A stretch of DNA of 29,477 bases from a virus (IMGVR_UViG_3300025839_000040:1-29477); one strand, 5' to 3'. Counted from the first letter of the stretch, positions 18,006-26,047 are shown. Translations and numbers: made by a program. The notes: generated from the letters alone by a model not told the origin.

Positions 18006-18075
18006 ATACGGTATAGTACCGCATGATCCTTGAAAATTGCATATATATACCATTATCAGTGTCTTAAACGATCCT

Positions 18076-18291
18076 ATGAAATTATACGGGAGGACCAGGA
18101 CGGAGCGAGCAGAAAAGGGCCAAGGGGGGAATAGTTACATTGAGACAATACACACGGTAGAACACGACGATAAGACCCGCGAGGACGTTGCGACGACCAC
18201 TATCGAGCGCGTCCAAGACGAGTATGTGATACGTCATATACCAGTCAGATCAGATTCTATCGTGACCCGCATCCCTATACGTAAAACATAG
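18076..18291 (+). CDS. Hypothetical phage protein
   Basis: MKLYGRTRTERAEKGQGGN...; ATG start preferred over the upstream TTG. Confidence 0.6.
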   Translation: MKLYGRTRTERAEKGQGGNSYIETIHTVEHDDKTREDVATTTIERVQDEYVIRHIPVRSDSIVTRIPIRKT

Positions 18292-18296
18292 ATAGT

Positions 18297-18419
18297 ATGA
18301 GGGAGTGTCTATGCACCGCCGTAGCATACTTTCCCCTATGCCCGCGACACGGTAAAAACCGCAAAAAGCGACAAACACAAAAAACCAAAGCCCGCCAGGG
18401 CGAAACGGTAAAAAGTTAG
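18297..18419 (+). CDS. Small basic protein with CxC...CxxH motif (40 aa)
   Basis: Manual translation MRECLCTAVAYFPLCPRHGKNRKKRQTQKTKARQGETVKS; ends right at the terminator. Confidence 0.45.
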   Translation: MRECLCTAVAYFPLCPRHGKNRKKRQTQKTKARQGETVKS

Positions 18420-18421
18420 AA

Positions 18422-18462
18422 AAGCAAAAAGCCAGTACGATATACGTAGTGGCTTTTTGCTT
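18422..18462. terminator. Bidirectional intrinsic terminator
   Basis: AAGCAAAAAGCCA-G-TACG-ATATA-CGTA-G-TGGCTTTTTGCTT between convergent units. Confidence 0.85.
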
Positions 18463-18481
18463 GCTCGCTTTTAGGCCGTAA

Positions 18482-18769
18482 CTAGTCGAGGAGGGTACGA
18501 AGCTGGCCTACTACTACGTTAGATTGGATCATGGAAGCATCTACCGCCTTTCGGAGCATATCGCGCTCGCCTGGGGTGATGTCTACCGTGCCGCCCGCGT
18601 AACATTTTTGAGCGAGGTGGAAGACCGCAATCCTTTCGATCCCCTTTTCTACTTTCATAGTGTCGAGGATGGCCGCGAGTACCTTGCCAGTGGTTAGTTT
18701 CACGTTGTTCTCGGTTAGCTGGACACCGTCCAAGGTGGTCACGGGTAGATCGAGATTGATAGTTGACAT
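18482..18769 (-). CDS. Hypothetical phage protein (95 aa)
   Basis: ATG ORF with AT-rich upstream region, ending at the bidirectional terminator. Confidence 0.7.
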   Translation of the reverse strand: MSTINLDLPVTTLDGVQLTENNVKLTTGKVLAAILDTMKVEKGIERIAVFHLAQKCYAGGTVDITPGERDMLRKAVDASMIQSNVVVGQLRTLLD

Positions 18770-18864
18770 ATATAGATATTATCTTATAACGTGGGGGAAA
18801 GGGTCGAAATTCACAGCGAAGACGGGGCGACCACTTTTTTAATTAAAATTCTGGACATTTATTT

Positions 18865-19107
18865 TTAGGGCATTTTTTTTAAGATTCCCATAAGGTAGGC
18901 GTACGTGGTGATCCCGCGACCCTGCGCTATCTTATGGGCTTCCCTTATTTTATACTCGGTCATATTTTTTATAAAGGGTAATCGCCACACCACTTTTCCG
19001 TAGATGGGTTCCAGTTCAGCACAGAGTTCTTGAAATTCGTGGGTGTGTTTTGATTGTGGTTTACTGGGTAATGAAGGCAAGAGGTCACTGATTGATTTCA
19101 TACCCAT
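18865..19107 (-). CDS. Small DnaD/replisome-organiser C-terminal-like protein
   Basis: KIREAHKIAQGRGITTYAYLMGILKK resembles the DnaD-domain YxxxIL helix. The start may be 19101. Confidence 0.5.
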   Translation of the reverse strand: MGMKSISDLLPSLPSKPQSKHTHEFQELCAELEPIYGKVVWRLPFIKNMTEYKIREAHKIAQGRGITTYAYLMGILKKMP

Positions 19108-19774
19108 TTATTTTATCACCTAGAGTGACGGGTGAAATGGGTAGGGTGTGGATTACTCACGGGCTGGTGGGGAAGGTGGTCTTACGACATCTCAGGTTTT
19201 ACCCTAATTCAATCCCCCAACAACCAACGAGTACTGTGTGATGTGCTTTGTGCGGCCCAGTGGGTTTTCATATCCCCCGACACTTTTGACGTATTACTGT
19301 GCATACACCGAGAACGCACACAACACACCACTGTTTTGATGATTGGCTTGCGTCTTTATGAGATATTTCGGACTCATGCCCGATAAGCTTTCCTGTAATG
19401 TATACGTTACAGGCCTCCATCTCATAAAGATTCTAACCAACCATCATTTCTTTTACTAGAATACACGTTTTGGTGGGTTTTTCAATTTATTTTTCCACAG
19501 CTCCACTTTTACCTCGTATGTATGCGGGAGTCAGTAGATGGGCCTTGATTGTGTAGTAATGTAGCTCCCTTTAACTCCACAGCTAAGGTTGATAGCTACG
19601 AGCCTATGCTCCGATACTGAACAGATGGCAGGGACAGAGTGGACAACTGTTTTTCCCTGCTTTCGCATCAATACCTGAATAAAGGCTTAATTGATTTATT
19701 GGACAATGTTTTACATCGAGTGGCCCAATCAGATGTTCTTACTAATCCAGTTGTACACTGGCAGTTGCAGGGGT
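19101..19774. ncRNA. Candidate structured RNA / origin region
   Basis: No credible ORF. Many complementary segments, e.g. 19101-19109/19135-19143, 19353-19364/19419-19430 (perfect 12 bp), 19392-19413 near-palindrome, GCAGGGA 19628-19634 with TCCCTGC 19654-19660. Confidence 0.45.
19750..19774 (+). repeat. Left arm of 25-bp inverted repeat flanking the RNase H gene
   Basis: GTTGTACACTGGCAGTTGCAGGGGT; its reverse complement matches 20218-20242 at 22/25. Confidence 0.85.
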
Positions 19775-19777
19775 TTT

Positions 19778-20209
19778 TTAATTAACTGACGGGACCTTGA
19801 TTTTTTCCGTAGAATAAATCCGAGTCAACTCATCAGCTTTGCTATTAAGGTATCGAGGTATCAATTTACCACGTATATCAGAAAATTCTGACACTAATTG
19901 TTTTGCGTACTTTGCGTATGGTACGTATGCTCCGTTTTTTATTCGCCAGTGCCGAAACATTTGACTAATAACCAACTTACTATCACCCATAACTTGAATT
20001 GATTGTTGGTGTTTATTGTTTTCTTTTAACCACAATAATCCCATAATCAATCCGCCGTACTCTGCCACATTGTTTGAAGTATTCGTTTCATCCATTGTGC
20101 CGTACATGCTATAGGTGGTTTTACCATCTTCTTCAATGTGGAAGCCGAACGTGGCGATTCCACCTGGGTTTTTAGGCCCGCATCCACCATCAAAATACAT
20201 TTGAATCAT
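19778..20209 (-). CDS. rnhA: Ribonuclease HI
   Basis: FDGG..NPG, NNVAEY, GDSKLV, PRxxNxxAD: full D-E-D-D set. Start at MIQMYFDG. Confidence 0.92.
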   Translation of the reverse strand: MIQMYFDGGCGPKNPGGIATFGFHIEEDGKTTYSMYGTMDETNTSNNVAEYGGLIMGLLWLKENNKHQQSIQVMGDSKLVISQMFRHWRIKNGAYVPYAKYAKQLVSEFSDIRGKLIPRYLNSKADELTRIYSTEKIKVPSVN

Positions 20210-20217
20210 TGTTGTGC

Positions 20218-20242
20218 ACCCCTGCAACTGTCAATGAACAAC
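20218..20242 (-). repeat. Right arm of 25-bp inverted repeat flanking the RNase H gene
   Basis: ACCCCTGCAACTGTCAATGAACAAC; on the minus strand it contains the SD-like AGGGGT 8 nt before the rnhA ATG. Confidence 0.85.
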
Positions 20243-20270
20243 ACAAAAACCCCGCAATTAAGCGAGGTTT
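20243..20270 (-). terminator. Terminator/attenuator in the leader upstream of rnhA
   Basis: Minus strand AAACCTCGC-TTAATT-GCGGGGTTT-TTGT. Confidence 0.6.
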
Positions 20271-20524
20271 AAGTGATGCCGTACTGAGTGTACGAGAGAA
20301 GCAACGAAAATCGCGGTTTCTTTCCTACATACAGGACTTATCATTTTGTAATAAGTTGTCTAGTTGTACGGCTGGGGAAAACTCATTCCCTCACCGCGCC
20401 ACGTATGCTACCATTTATAGACCAGAAACGGCGGCGTGTCCACCCGTACTGAACGGCAATTTCCGAACCTTGCTAGTCACAAGTGCCAGCGGAATGAGAA
20501 GCTCTGAAACGCCAATCTAGGCTT

Positions 20525-20896
20525 ATAAAACAACTCTTTTTTGCTTTCATCCTACTGTTGTCAGTACCATATATCACCCACGCTAACTACGACCCACACA
20601 ACTGTTACTCATGGGCTAAGTACCGTGTACCTACCATTGACCCAATGTGGTACATGATGCAAAACGCAAAAATGGTTATCCCCAACAAGGGAGACTTAGC
20701 CATGTTTTATTACGAAAAGTCTGGTTTACCCCACGTTGCCGTAGTTGAGTACGTTTTCCACAACGGCGGGGTTTTGATAAGTGAAGCGAACATGTATCAT
20801 CTATATGAGGATGGAGTGGGAACCCGTTACATCCCCCCACAGTATCACCACTTAGTCGGTTTTTATGAGCCACGGCAAACACATCAAGCCCAATAG
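20525..20896 (+). CDS. Secreted CHAP-family peptidoglycan hydrolase
   Basis: NCYSW (catalytic Cys), PNKGD, PHVAVVE (His), ISEAN. The in-frame signal peptide IKQLFFAFILLLSVPYITHA begins at ATA 20525, upstream of the tracked TTG at 20558. Confidence 0.8.
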   Translation: MKQLFFAFILLLSVPYITHANYDPHNCYSWAKYRVPTIDPMWYMMQNAKMVIPNKGDLAMFYYEKSGLPHVAVVEYVFHNGGVLISEANMYHLYEDGVGTRYIPPQYHHLVGFYEPRQTHQAQ

Positions 20897-21281
20897 TCTT
20901 TATTTAAAAGAATTGATTTCGTTACGCGAGCAGGGGTATTCATGGTCAGCCATCGCTCGCTACTTTAAAAAAGATCACACCACAATCTTATACCACTGGC
21001 AAAAATGGGTAGGGAAACCAAGCCAAACAAATAAAAAGCTAAAACACATGGAAATATGCACTAAGCCAGTAGTCAAACCAAGCTGGGATGGAAACCGCCA
21101 CATTTGTTGTGGTTCTTTTTTACCCAAGAAACACTTTACAGGGTGTGAAAATGTAGCTGGAACGTGGGAAAATAAGGATAATTTCTGGGATTTACCAACC
21201 GCACCGAAGCATAAATACGACCAGCGGTTCGATGAAAAGAAAAATCTCGGTAAAAGTTATCAACAGTATAGACTAAAATAG
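20865..21281 (+). CDS. HTH protein resembling DnaA domain IV
   Basis: GYSWSAIARYFKKDHTTILYH versus the DnaA signature S-x2-IG-x2-F-xRDHTTVxH. Confidence 0.65.
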   Translation: MSHGKHIKPNSLYLKELISLREQGYSWSAIARYFKKDHTTILYHWQKWVGKPSQTNKKLKHMEICTKPVVKPSWDGNRHICCGSFLPKKHFTGCENVAGTWENKDNFWDLPTAPKHKYDQRFDEKKNLGKSYQQYRLK

Positions 21282-21284
21282 TGA

Positions 21285-21312
21285 TTGATTTTTTATATAA
21301 AATGTGTATACT
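21285..21312 (+). promoter_or_regulatory. Sigma70-type promoter
   Basis: TTGATT-16nt-TATACT upstream of the ParB-like gene. Confidence 0.55.
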
Positions 21313-21355
21313 AAAAATGTGACGTAATTAAACATGCGATCACTCTTAAAATAAT

Positions 21356-22255
21356 ATGCACACTAAATTAAGCCAAATTGTTTACTTACCAATAGATAAA
21401 ATTATCCGCGACGAAAATCAACCACGACAATACTTTGACCCAATTAAACTTGGTCGGTTGTCTGATTCGATTAAGAAAATGGGTATTAAAGAACCCCTTA
21501 CCGTTGAAGCGTTGCCAAATGGTACATACATGATTGTTGACGGTGAGCGACGCTGGCGATCTGCCCACGCGCTTGGTCTTAAAGAAGTACCAGCGATTGT
21601 TGAGCACTCATTATCTGTACCAGACCGTATTGTAGAGCAATTCCACCTCCAAGAAATGCGTGAAGGCTGGCAACCAGACGAAAAAGCGATGGCAATTAAA
21701 GGATTAAGTGAGTTACTTGATATTACCTACGCCGAAGCCGCTAAGATGGTTGGAATTGCCCCCCGCCTCGCTGATGGGTACCACTCCCTCACAATGTTAA
21801 TGAACCGTGAAGTATTTATCTCACACAAACTTCCGATTGAAAGAGCAACCAACATTATTAGTGTTCTCCGTACCGCTAAGTTCCAGGCCCAACATCAGCT
21901 CGGTACAGAAATCTCAGACGATACACTCCGAGCACTTGAAGACACCTTGATGCAAAAACTTGTTTCAGGTGAAATGAAAACCGCAGGAGATATTCGCACT
22001 CTCCGTGACAGTATTATTAAAGATGTTAAAAATGTTGAGAAGTTTATTAAAGGCAAAACCGCTAACCAACTATTTATCGCTTCTGACGCTGGTGGGGTAC
22101 GGTCATACCGACTTTTGAAGTCAAGTATGAACAATATACAAACACACCTTAATAACGTAATTGCTTCCAAAGACGCAAGGATTCTCCTGGCCGAAGATCG
22201 TGTTTTGATCTCACGGATCAAAAACAACATTAAAAAACTAGAATCACTTATATAG
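21356..22255 (+). CDS. ParB/Spo0J-family protein
   Basis: NQPRQYFD, LSDSIKKMGIKEPL, IVDGERRWRSA (CTPase box II), followed by an HTH. Confidence 0.9.
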   Translation: MHTKLSQIVYLPIDKIIRDENQPRQYFDPIKLGRLSDSIKKMGIKEPLTVEALPNGTYMIVDGERRWRSAHALGLKEVPAIVEHSLSVPDRIVEQFHLQEMREGWQPDEKAMAIKGLSELLDITYAEAAKMVGIAPRLADGYHSLTMLMNREVFISHKLPIERATNIISVLRTAKFQAQHQLGTEISDDTLRALEDTLMQKLVSGEMKTAGDIRTLRDSIIKDVKNVEKFIKGKTANQLFIASDAGGVRSYRLLKSSMNNIQTHLNNVIASKDARILLAEDRVLISRIKNNIKKLESLI

Positions 22256-22257
22256 CT

Positions 22258-22440
22258 ATGGCACGGATTATTGATGTGGGGTTAATTGCGACAATTATTA
22301 TTATTGCTTTTCCGCTTGAAACGTGGCGATTTGTCACTCTCTGTGTCTTGACTTTCGCGCTCTATGGGTTTGTCCTCTGGGATGCCTACGTAGACGGGTA
22401 CATGGATGCTGAGGAAAAACACCGAACCCGTATTTGGTAG
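22258..22440 (+). CDS. Small two-TM membrane protein
   Basis: Two hydrophobic segments; tight operon spacing. Confidence 0.6.
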   Translation: MARIIDVGLIATIIIIAFPLETWRFVTLCVLTFALYGFVLWDAYVDGYMDAEEKHRTRIW

Positions 22441-22441
22441 T

Positions 22442-22690
22442 ATGGCAGACAAGATACAACAGGCGGTAAATAAAACCATCCAGTACATACGAGAAAACTC
22501 GTATAAGGAAGGAGTTGAAGTGACAGGATGCTACATGGTTCCGCCTCACATCCTTGTTAAAGCTCGCTACGCATACTTACCGTCTTATGGAAAAAAAGTA
22601 GAGGTGGCCCCTGGTATTTTCCAAAGCGAGGAAGATTACCTCGCTAATATGGAATACGATGCCGAAAAAGACAACCAATTATCAGCTTAA
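22442..22690 (+). CDS. Hypothetical protein
   Basis: MADKIQQ... start 1 nt after the preceding stop. Confidence 0.6.
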   Translation: MADKIQQAVNKTIQYIRENSYKEGVEVTGCYMVPPHILVKARYAYLPSYGKKVEVAPGIFQSEEDYLANMEYDAEKDNQLSA

Positions 22691-22700
22691 CCTCATTGAT

Positions 22701-22823
22701 ATGAGCATGATGTACTGCCATAAACATGACCGACACTTTGATTCAGATGAATATACCGAGTGTCCCGAGTGTGCGTCTGAAAGTGAGGAAGATGTAAATG
22801 AAGAAATCTATGGAGATAACTAA
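22701..22823 (+). CDS. Small acidic Zn-finger protein (40 aa)
   Basis: Manual translation MSMMYCHKHDRHFDSDEYTECPECASESEEDVNEEIYGDN: CxxH...CxxC. Confidence 0.6.
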   Translation: MSMMYCHKHDRHFDSDEYTECPECASESEEDVNEEIYGDN

Positions 22824-23289
22824 CATTACCGCGTCATACAGCCGAAAGCTCAACCACTCCATCTACGGCGGTGGTCAATACGAAAGCTCTGACCACTTTT
22901 GTAGTTTGTCGGCGGATGTAGAAATTGGAGAAGATGTGCTCGCCGCCCAAAAAGAACTAGCATCACTCTGCAAAACGCTCATCGAAAAAGATATTGAATC
23001 AGAGATTGTGTCGTTTGCTGGGGGTGTGCCACCTGATGATTTTTACGAGTACCTCCGTAATCTCGTTGCCCGCCGTCCCATAGACGCGGAAACGTATGAG
23101 CGGTGCAGTACCCGTCAAAAAATGATTCTGCAAGCCGCCAAACGCGGGATTCAAATGCGGGATCGTGATGTTAAGAAAGAAGTGGTGGCGGAATCCCCAG
23201 TACCAACAGCGGTTGCCCCAACAGAACCAACTGATACAATAAAAGTTACTAAAAAGCGCACTAAAAAAACATCACATGAAAGTAAATAA
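22810..23289 (+). CDS. Hypothetical phage protein
   Basis: MEITNITASYSRKLN...QYES motif; lies upstream of the SSB-like gene. Confidence 0.7.
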   Translation: MEITNITASYSRKLNHSIYGGGQYESSDHFCSLSADVEIGEDVLAAQKELASLCKTLIEKDIESEIVSFAGGVPPDDFYEYLRNLVARRPIDAETYERCSTRQKMILQAAKRGIQMRDRDVKKEVVAESPVPTAVAPTEPTDTIKVTKKRTKKTSHESK

Positions 23290-23743
23290 AACCTCAGGAT
23301 CAACAGGAGTATGGTTGAAGAAAGATGAAATCCGAAGTGGAGACAAACTTAAAATCGTATCCGAAGCCAGTCTCGTTGAAGGCCAAAATGGAGTTCAGCT
23401 TGTGGCAAAAGTAAGACAGCGCGGATCAAATGATGCGTTCAACACCGCCATTAACAACACCTCAAAAAACGCTCTCATTGATAAATATGGTGACGACACC
23501 GCCGATTGGGTAGACAAGGTTGTGACCGCTATCACCGAGAAGGCCCTAATCGCAGGGAAGCGTTCCATTATTCTGTACCTCGTCCCAGAAGGCTACGAGT
23601 TAAAGGAAACTGAGGACGGATTCATGGCAATCTTACCTGCCGACATTCAAACAGCACCAGTAAAGAAAACAACCGAACCAACTCTCGCAGGCGAAGATGA
23701 CCGAGATATACCTGAAATTACTAAGGCAGACATTCCGTTTTAG
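23276..23743 (+). CDS. Single-stranded DNA-binding-like protein
   Basis: OB-fold-like body, GDDTADWVDK motif, acidic tail ending DIPF. Confidence 0.7.
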   Translation: MKVNKTSGSTGVWLKKDEIRSGDKLKIVSEASLVEGQNGVQLVAKVRQRGSNDAFNTAINNTSKNALIDKYGDDTADWVDKVVTAITEKALIAGKRSIILYLVPEGYELKETEDGFMAILPADIQTAPVKKTTEPTLAGEDDRDIPEITKADIPF

Positions 23744-23746
23744 TCA

Positions 23747-24211
23747 ATGAAACGTACACCCTTACAACGAAAGACCCAACTTAAACCCAAGACTGGATTT
23801 CGACGTAAAGGAATTGTAAAGAAGAAACCAAAGAAACGTAGCAAGCTACCATCAGCCAGTACCGTACAGAAACGCTGTGATAAGTTGTTGACCCCGATTA
23901 TTAAGGCCATGCACCCCTACTGTGAACTCACGGGTGCGCCGACTGAGGTAGCCCATCACTTCGTCAAGAAAAGTAAATCAAACGCGCTACGGTACTACAT
24001 CCCAAACCTCATTCCACTTACCCACGCCGCTCACCAAGCTCTCCACAACAATGAAAGCTATTACAGTGGACTCTTGATCCAGCGTAGGGGACTGGCCTGG
24101 TTTGAAGACATCGAACGTGAAAAAAGACGACCAATGAAATGTGATGTGCACTATTACTTAGCAGAGGAACAGCGGTTAAGAAACCTATTACATGGACTAC
24201 AATCTAGCTAA
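23747..24211 (+). CDS. NinG/Rap-like (HNH-type) nuclease
   Basis: MKRTPLQRKT basic N-terminus; CELTG...AHHF...LRYYIPNLIPL...H. Confidence 0.7.
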   Translation: MKRTPLQRKTQLKPKTGFRRKGIVKKKPKKRSKLPSASTVQKRCDKLLTPIIKAMHPYCELTGAPTEVAHHFVKKSKSNALRYYIPNLIPLTHAAHQALHNNESYYSGLLIQRRGLAWFEDIEREKRRPMKCDVHYYLAEEQRLRNLLHGLQSS

Positions 24212-24506
24212 AAAGTTAAAAGAGGCAGGGTTTGAAGTAAGAGAAAAATTCAGTTACCACAAAAATCCAACCAACCCGTATGAAGAACAGGGTTACTTTT
24301 TACCATCATTGTCAGAGCTTATAAAGGCGTGTAATCCAAAAGTGTACGATGACTTTGGTTTACGAATTGGTTACACAGAAAATTGGGAAGCATGGGCAAC
24401 GTATCATGGTGAAACAATACCAGAAGTAGACTTAAACGTAAGTGGTAATACACCCGAAGAAGCCGTCGCTACATTGTGGTTAGCATTAAACAAACATGAC
24501 AACTGA
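24192..24506 (+). CDS. Phage hypothetical protein
   Basis: LAKKLKEAGF...PSLSELI...TPEEAVATLWL pattern common in phage early regions. Confidence 0.7.
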   Translation: MDYNLAKKLKEAGFEVREKFSYHKNPTNPYEEQGYFLPSLSELIKACNPKVYDDFGLRIGYTENWEAWATYHGETIPEVDLNVSGNTPEEAVATLWLALNKHDN

Positions 24507-24981
24507 TGAACACAAAAAACTGCAAGCCATCGTTAATGAACCCGCGTACCTAATCAAAGGACTCCTCCGTGAGTTTGTTGAGACATGTGAGGTGGTTTCA
24601 CCAACCAAAGTAACAAAAGAAACCCGTACCGAACAACAAAATAAAGCTCTCCATAAATGGTTTGAGCAAGTAGCAGAAACCTGTCGTGATGCAGGAGTTG
24701 ATGCAAAAGTAATTATGAAGTCCACCATCAGTGTCCAGGTCAACGCGGACTTCATTAAATCACTGTGGCGGGTAATGCAGGAAGCCCTGTATAACACTAC
24801 CAGCACCACAAAACTCACCAAGGATCAGCAGATAGACACGATTGTAGACCACTTTGTTCGTTTCTTTGGAGAAAAACACAACATCGTCTTACCGCCATTC
24901 CCAAGTCGTGAACCAGAAATGAGCTACCTCCCAAATACCAAGATACCTTATCCAAATGATTATAAAAAACCAACTATATGA
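24496..24981 (+). CDS. NinB/YbcN-like protein
   Basis: RTEQQNKALHKW and TSTTKLT motifs. Confidence 0.65.
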   Translation: MTTDEHKKLQAIVNEPAYLIKGLLREFVETCEVVSPTKVTKETRTEQQNKALHKWFEQVAETCRDAGVDAKVIMKSTISVQVNADFIKSLWRVMQEALYNTTSTTKLTKDQQIDTIVDHFVRFFGEKHNIVLPPFPSREPEMSYLPNTKIPYPNDYKKPTI

Positions 24982-25217
24982 TTAGAGCTACAGGAACCAA
25001 AATGATTACTGTCGAACAATGGGTAGAGATTGTAAGTAAATACAAAGCAGGCGTTGATGTTAATGATATTGCAGACCATTACCCTGGCCTTCGTCCCACG
25101 TATATCTACATGTTTATTACCAATCTACGCAAAAAAGGGATTGAAATTAACCGTCCAAGGAAACAGCGTGTCTTCGTGAATAAATTAGACGAAGTAGCCA
25201 AGATGCTTAAACGATAA
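24978..25217 (+). CDS. Small HTH protein
   Basis: GVDVNDIADHY...NLRKKGI pattern. Confidence 0.6.
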   Translation: MIRATGTKMITVEQWVEIVSKYKAGVDVNDIADHYPGLRPTYIYMFITNLRKKGIEINRPRKQRVFVNKLDEVAKMLKR

Positions 25218-25227
25218 CATCCATTAT

Positions 25228-25569
25228 ATGAATCCAGTATACGCAGGCGTATCATTCACCCTTATTGCGATTGGTATTTATACCGTCTACCAATCAGCGG
25301 TGGTGATCCCCAGAGAAGAAATCACAGCCAAAGAAGAACAACTTAAAGCCGAGCAACAAGAAGCAACCTTAAAAGAGGAGCGCAGGCAAGCGCGTTACGG
25401 AGAATGTCTGTCATCCGCTTGGCGACAATACTCATCAGCCTGGGATAGCCAGTGTGAACTCGCAGGAGAGGAAGCTGACTGTACCCTACCAAAGTACCGA
25501 TACGAGCCTGTGGAAGCGGATTACGTGCGTGAAAAAGAAATGTGTTTGGCTGTTTTAAAAGCTGGGTAA
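25228..25569 (+). CDS. Membrane-anchored Cys-containing protein
   Basis: N-terminal TM, coiled region, four Cys. Confidence 0.65.
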   Translation: MNPVYAGVSFTLIAIGIYTVYQSAVVIPREEITAKEEQLKAEQQEATLKEERRQARYGECLSSAWRQYSSAWDSQCELAGEEADCTLPKYRYEPVEADYVREKEMCLAVLKAG

Positions 25570-25581
25570 GAGTAAATAACC

Positions 25582-25923
25582 ATGAACAAAACACACACGG
25601 ATATAGATGCAATCCTTTCTGAGTTTGATGAAATGCCATTTGGCGTAACACTCCCATTCAACCAAGACATGATGTGGGGTGAGAAAGTTGGGTTTGAAGC
25701 AGACGGTAGGGAGGAACTGAAAGCGTGGCTCCGCACTACCCTAAAGTCCCAAGCCGACCAGTATGAAAAGGAAAAAGAAGAAATGTACGCACAACTAGAC
25801 ATTGTACACACCAGTACAATGCAGGAGATGGTGAGAGAAATCATAGACGGCGTTCACTCTCCGATTTACAAAACGAGAGTGAAGATAATCGCCAAAAAGT
25901 ACGGTGTAGATTTAACAGAGTAA
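25582..25923 (+). CDS. Hypothetical protein
   Basis: 113 aa ATG ORF within the operon. Confidence 0.65.
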   Translation: MNKTHTDIDAILSEFDEMPFGVTLPFNQDMMWGEKVGFEADGREELKAWLRTTLKSQADQYEKEKEEMYAQLDIVHTSTMQEMVREIIDGVHSPIYKTRVKIIAKKYGVDLTE

Positions 25924-25935
25924 TAAATAAGTAAT

Positions 25936-26028
25936 ATGAAAAGAGACTTATACGAAAAACTAACCGTCTTTTTAATGGGGATAGCTATTGGAGCGGCCAT
26001 CATCTCTTTCTTTTATTTAGTAATTTAA
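25936..26028 (+). CDS. Small TM peptide (30 aa)
   Basis: MKRDLYEKLTVFLMGIAIGAAIISFFYLVI. Confidence 0.45.
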   Translation: MKRDLYEKLTVFLMGIAIGAAIISFFYLVI

Positions 26029-26047
26029 CATGTAAAAAACACCTTAG

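Noticed and set aside
19132-19386. 84-aa plus-strand ORF
   Set aside because: No motif, atypical composition, opposite to its neighbours, and it coincides with the stem-rich region.
19750-20242. IS element or MITE with terminal inverted repeats
   Set aside because: The enclosed ORF has RNase HI motifs, not those of a DDE transposase, and I see no target-site duplication.
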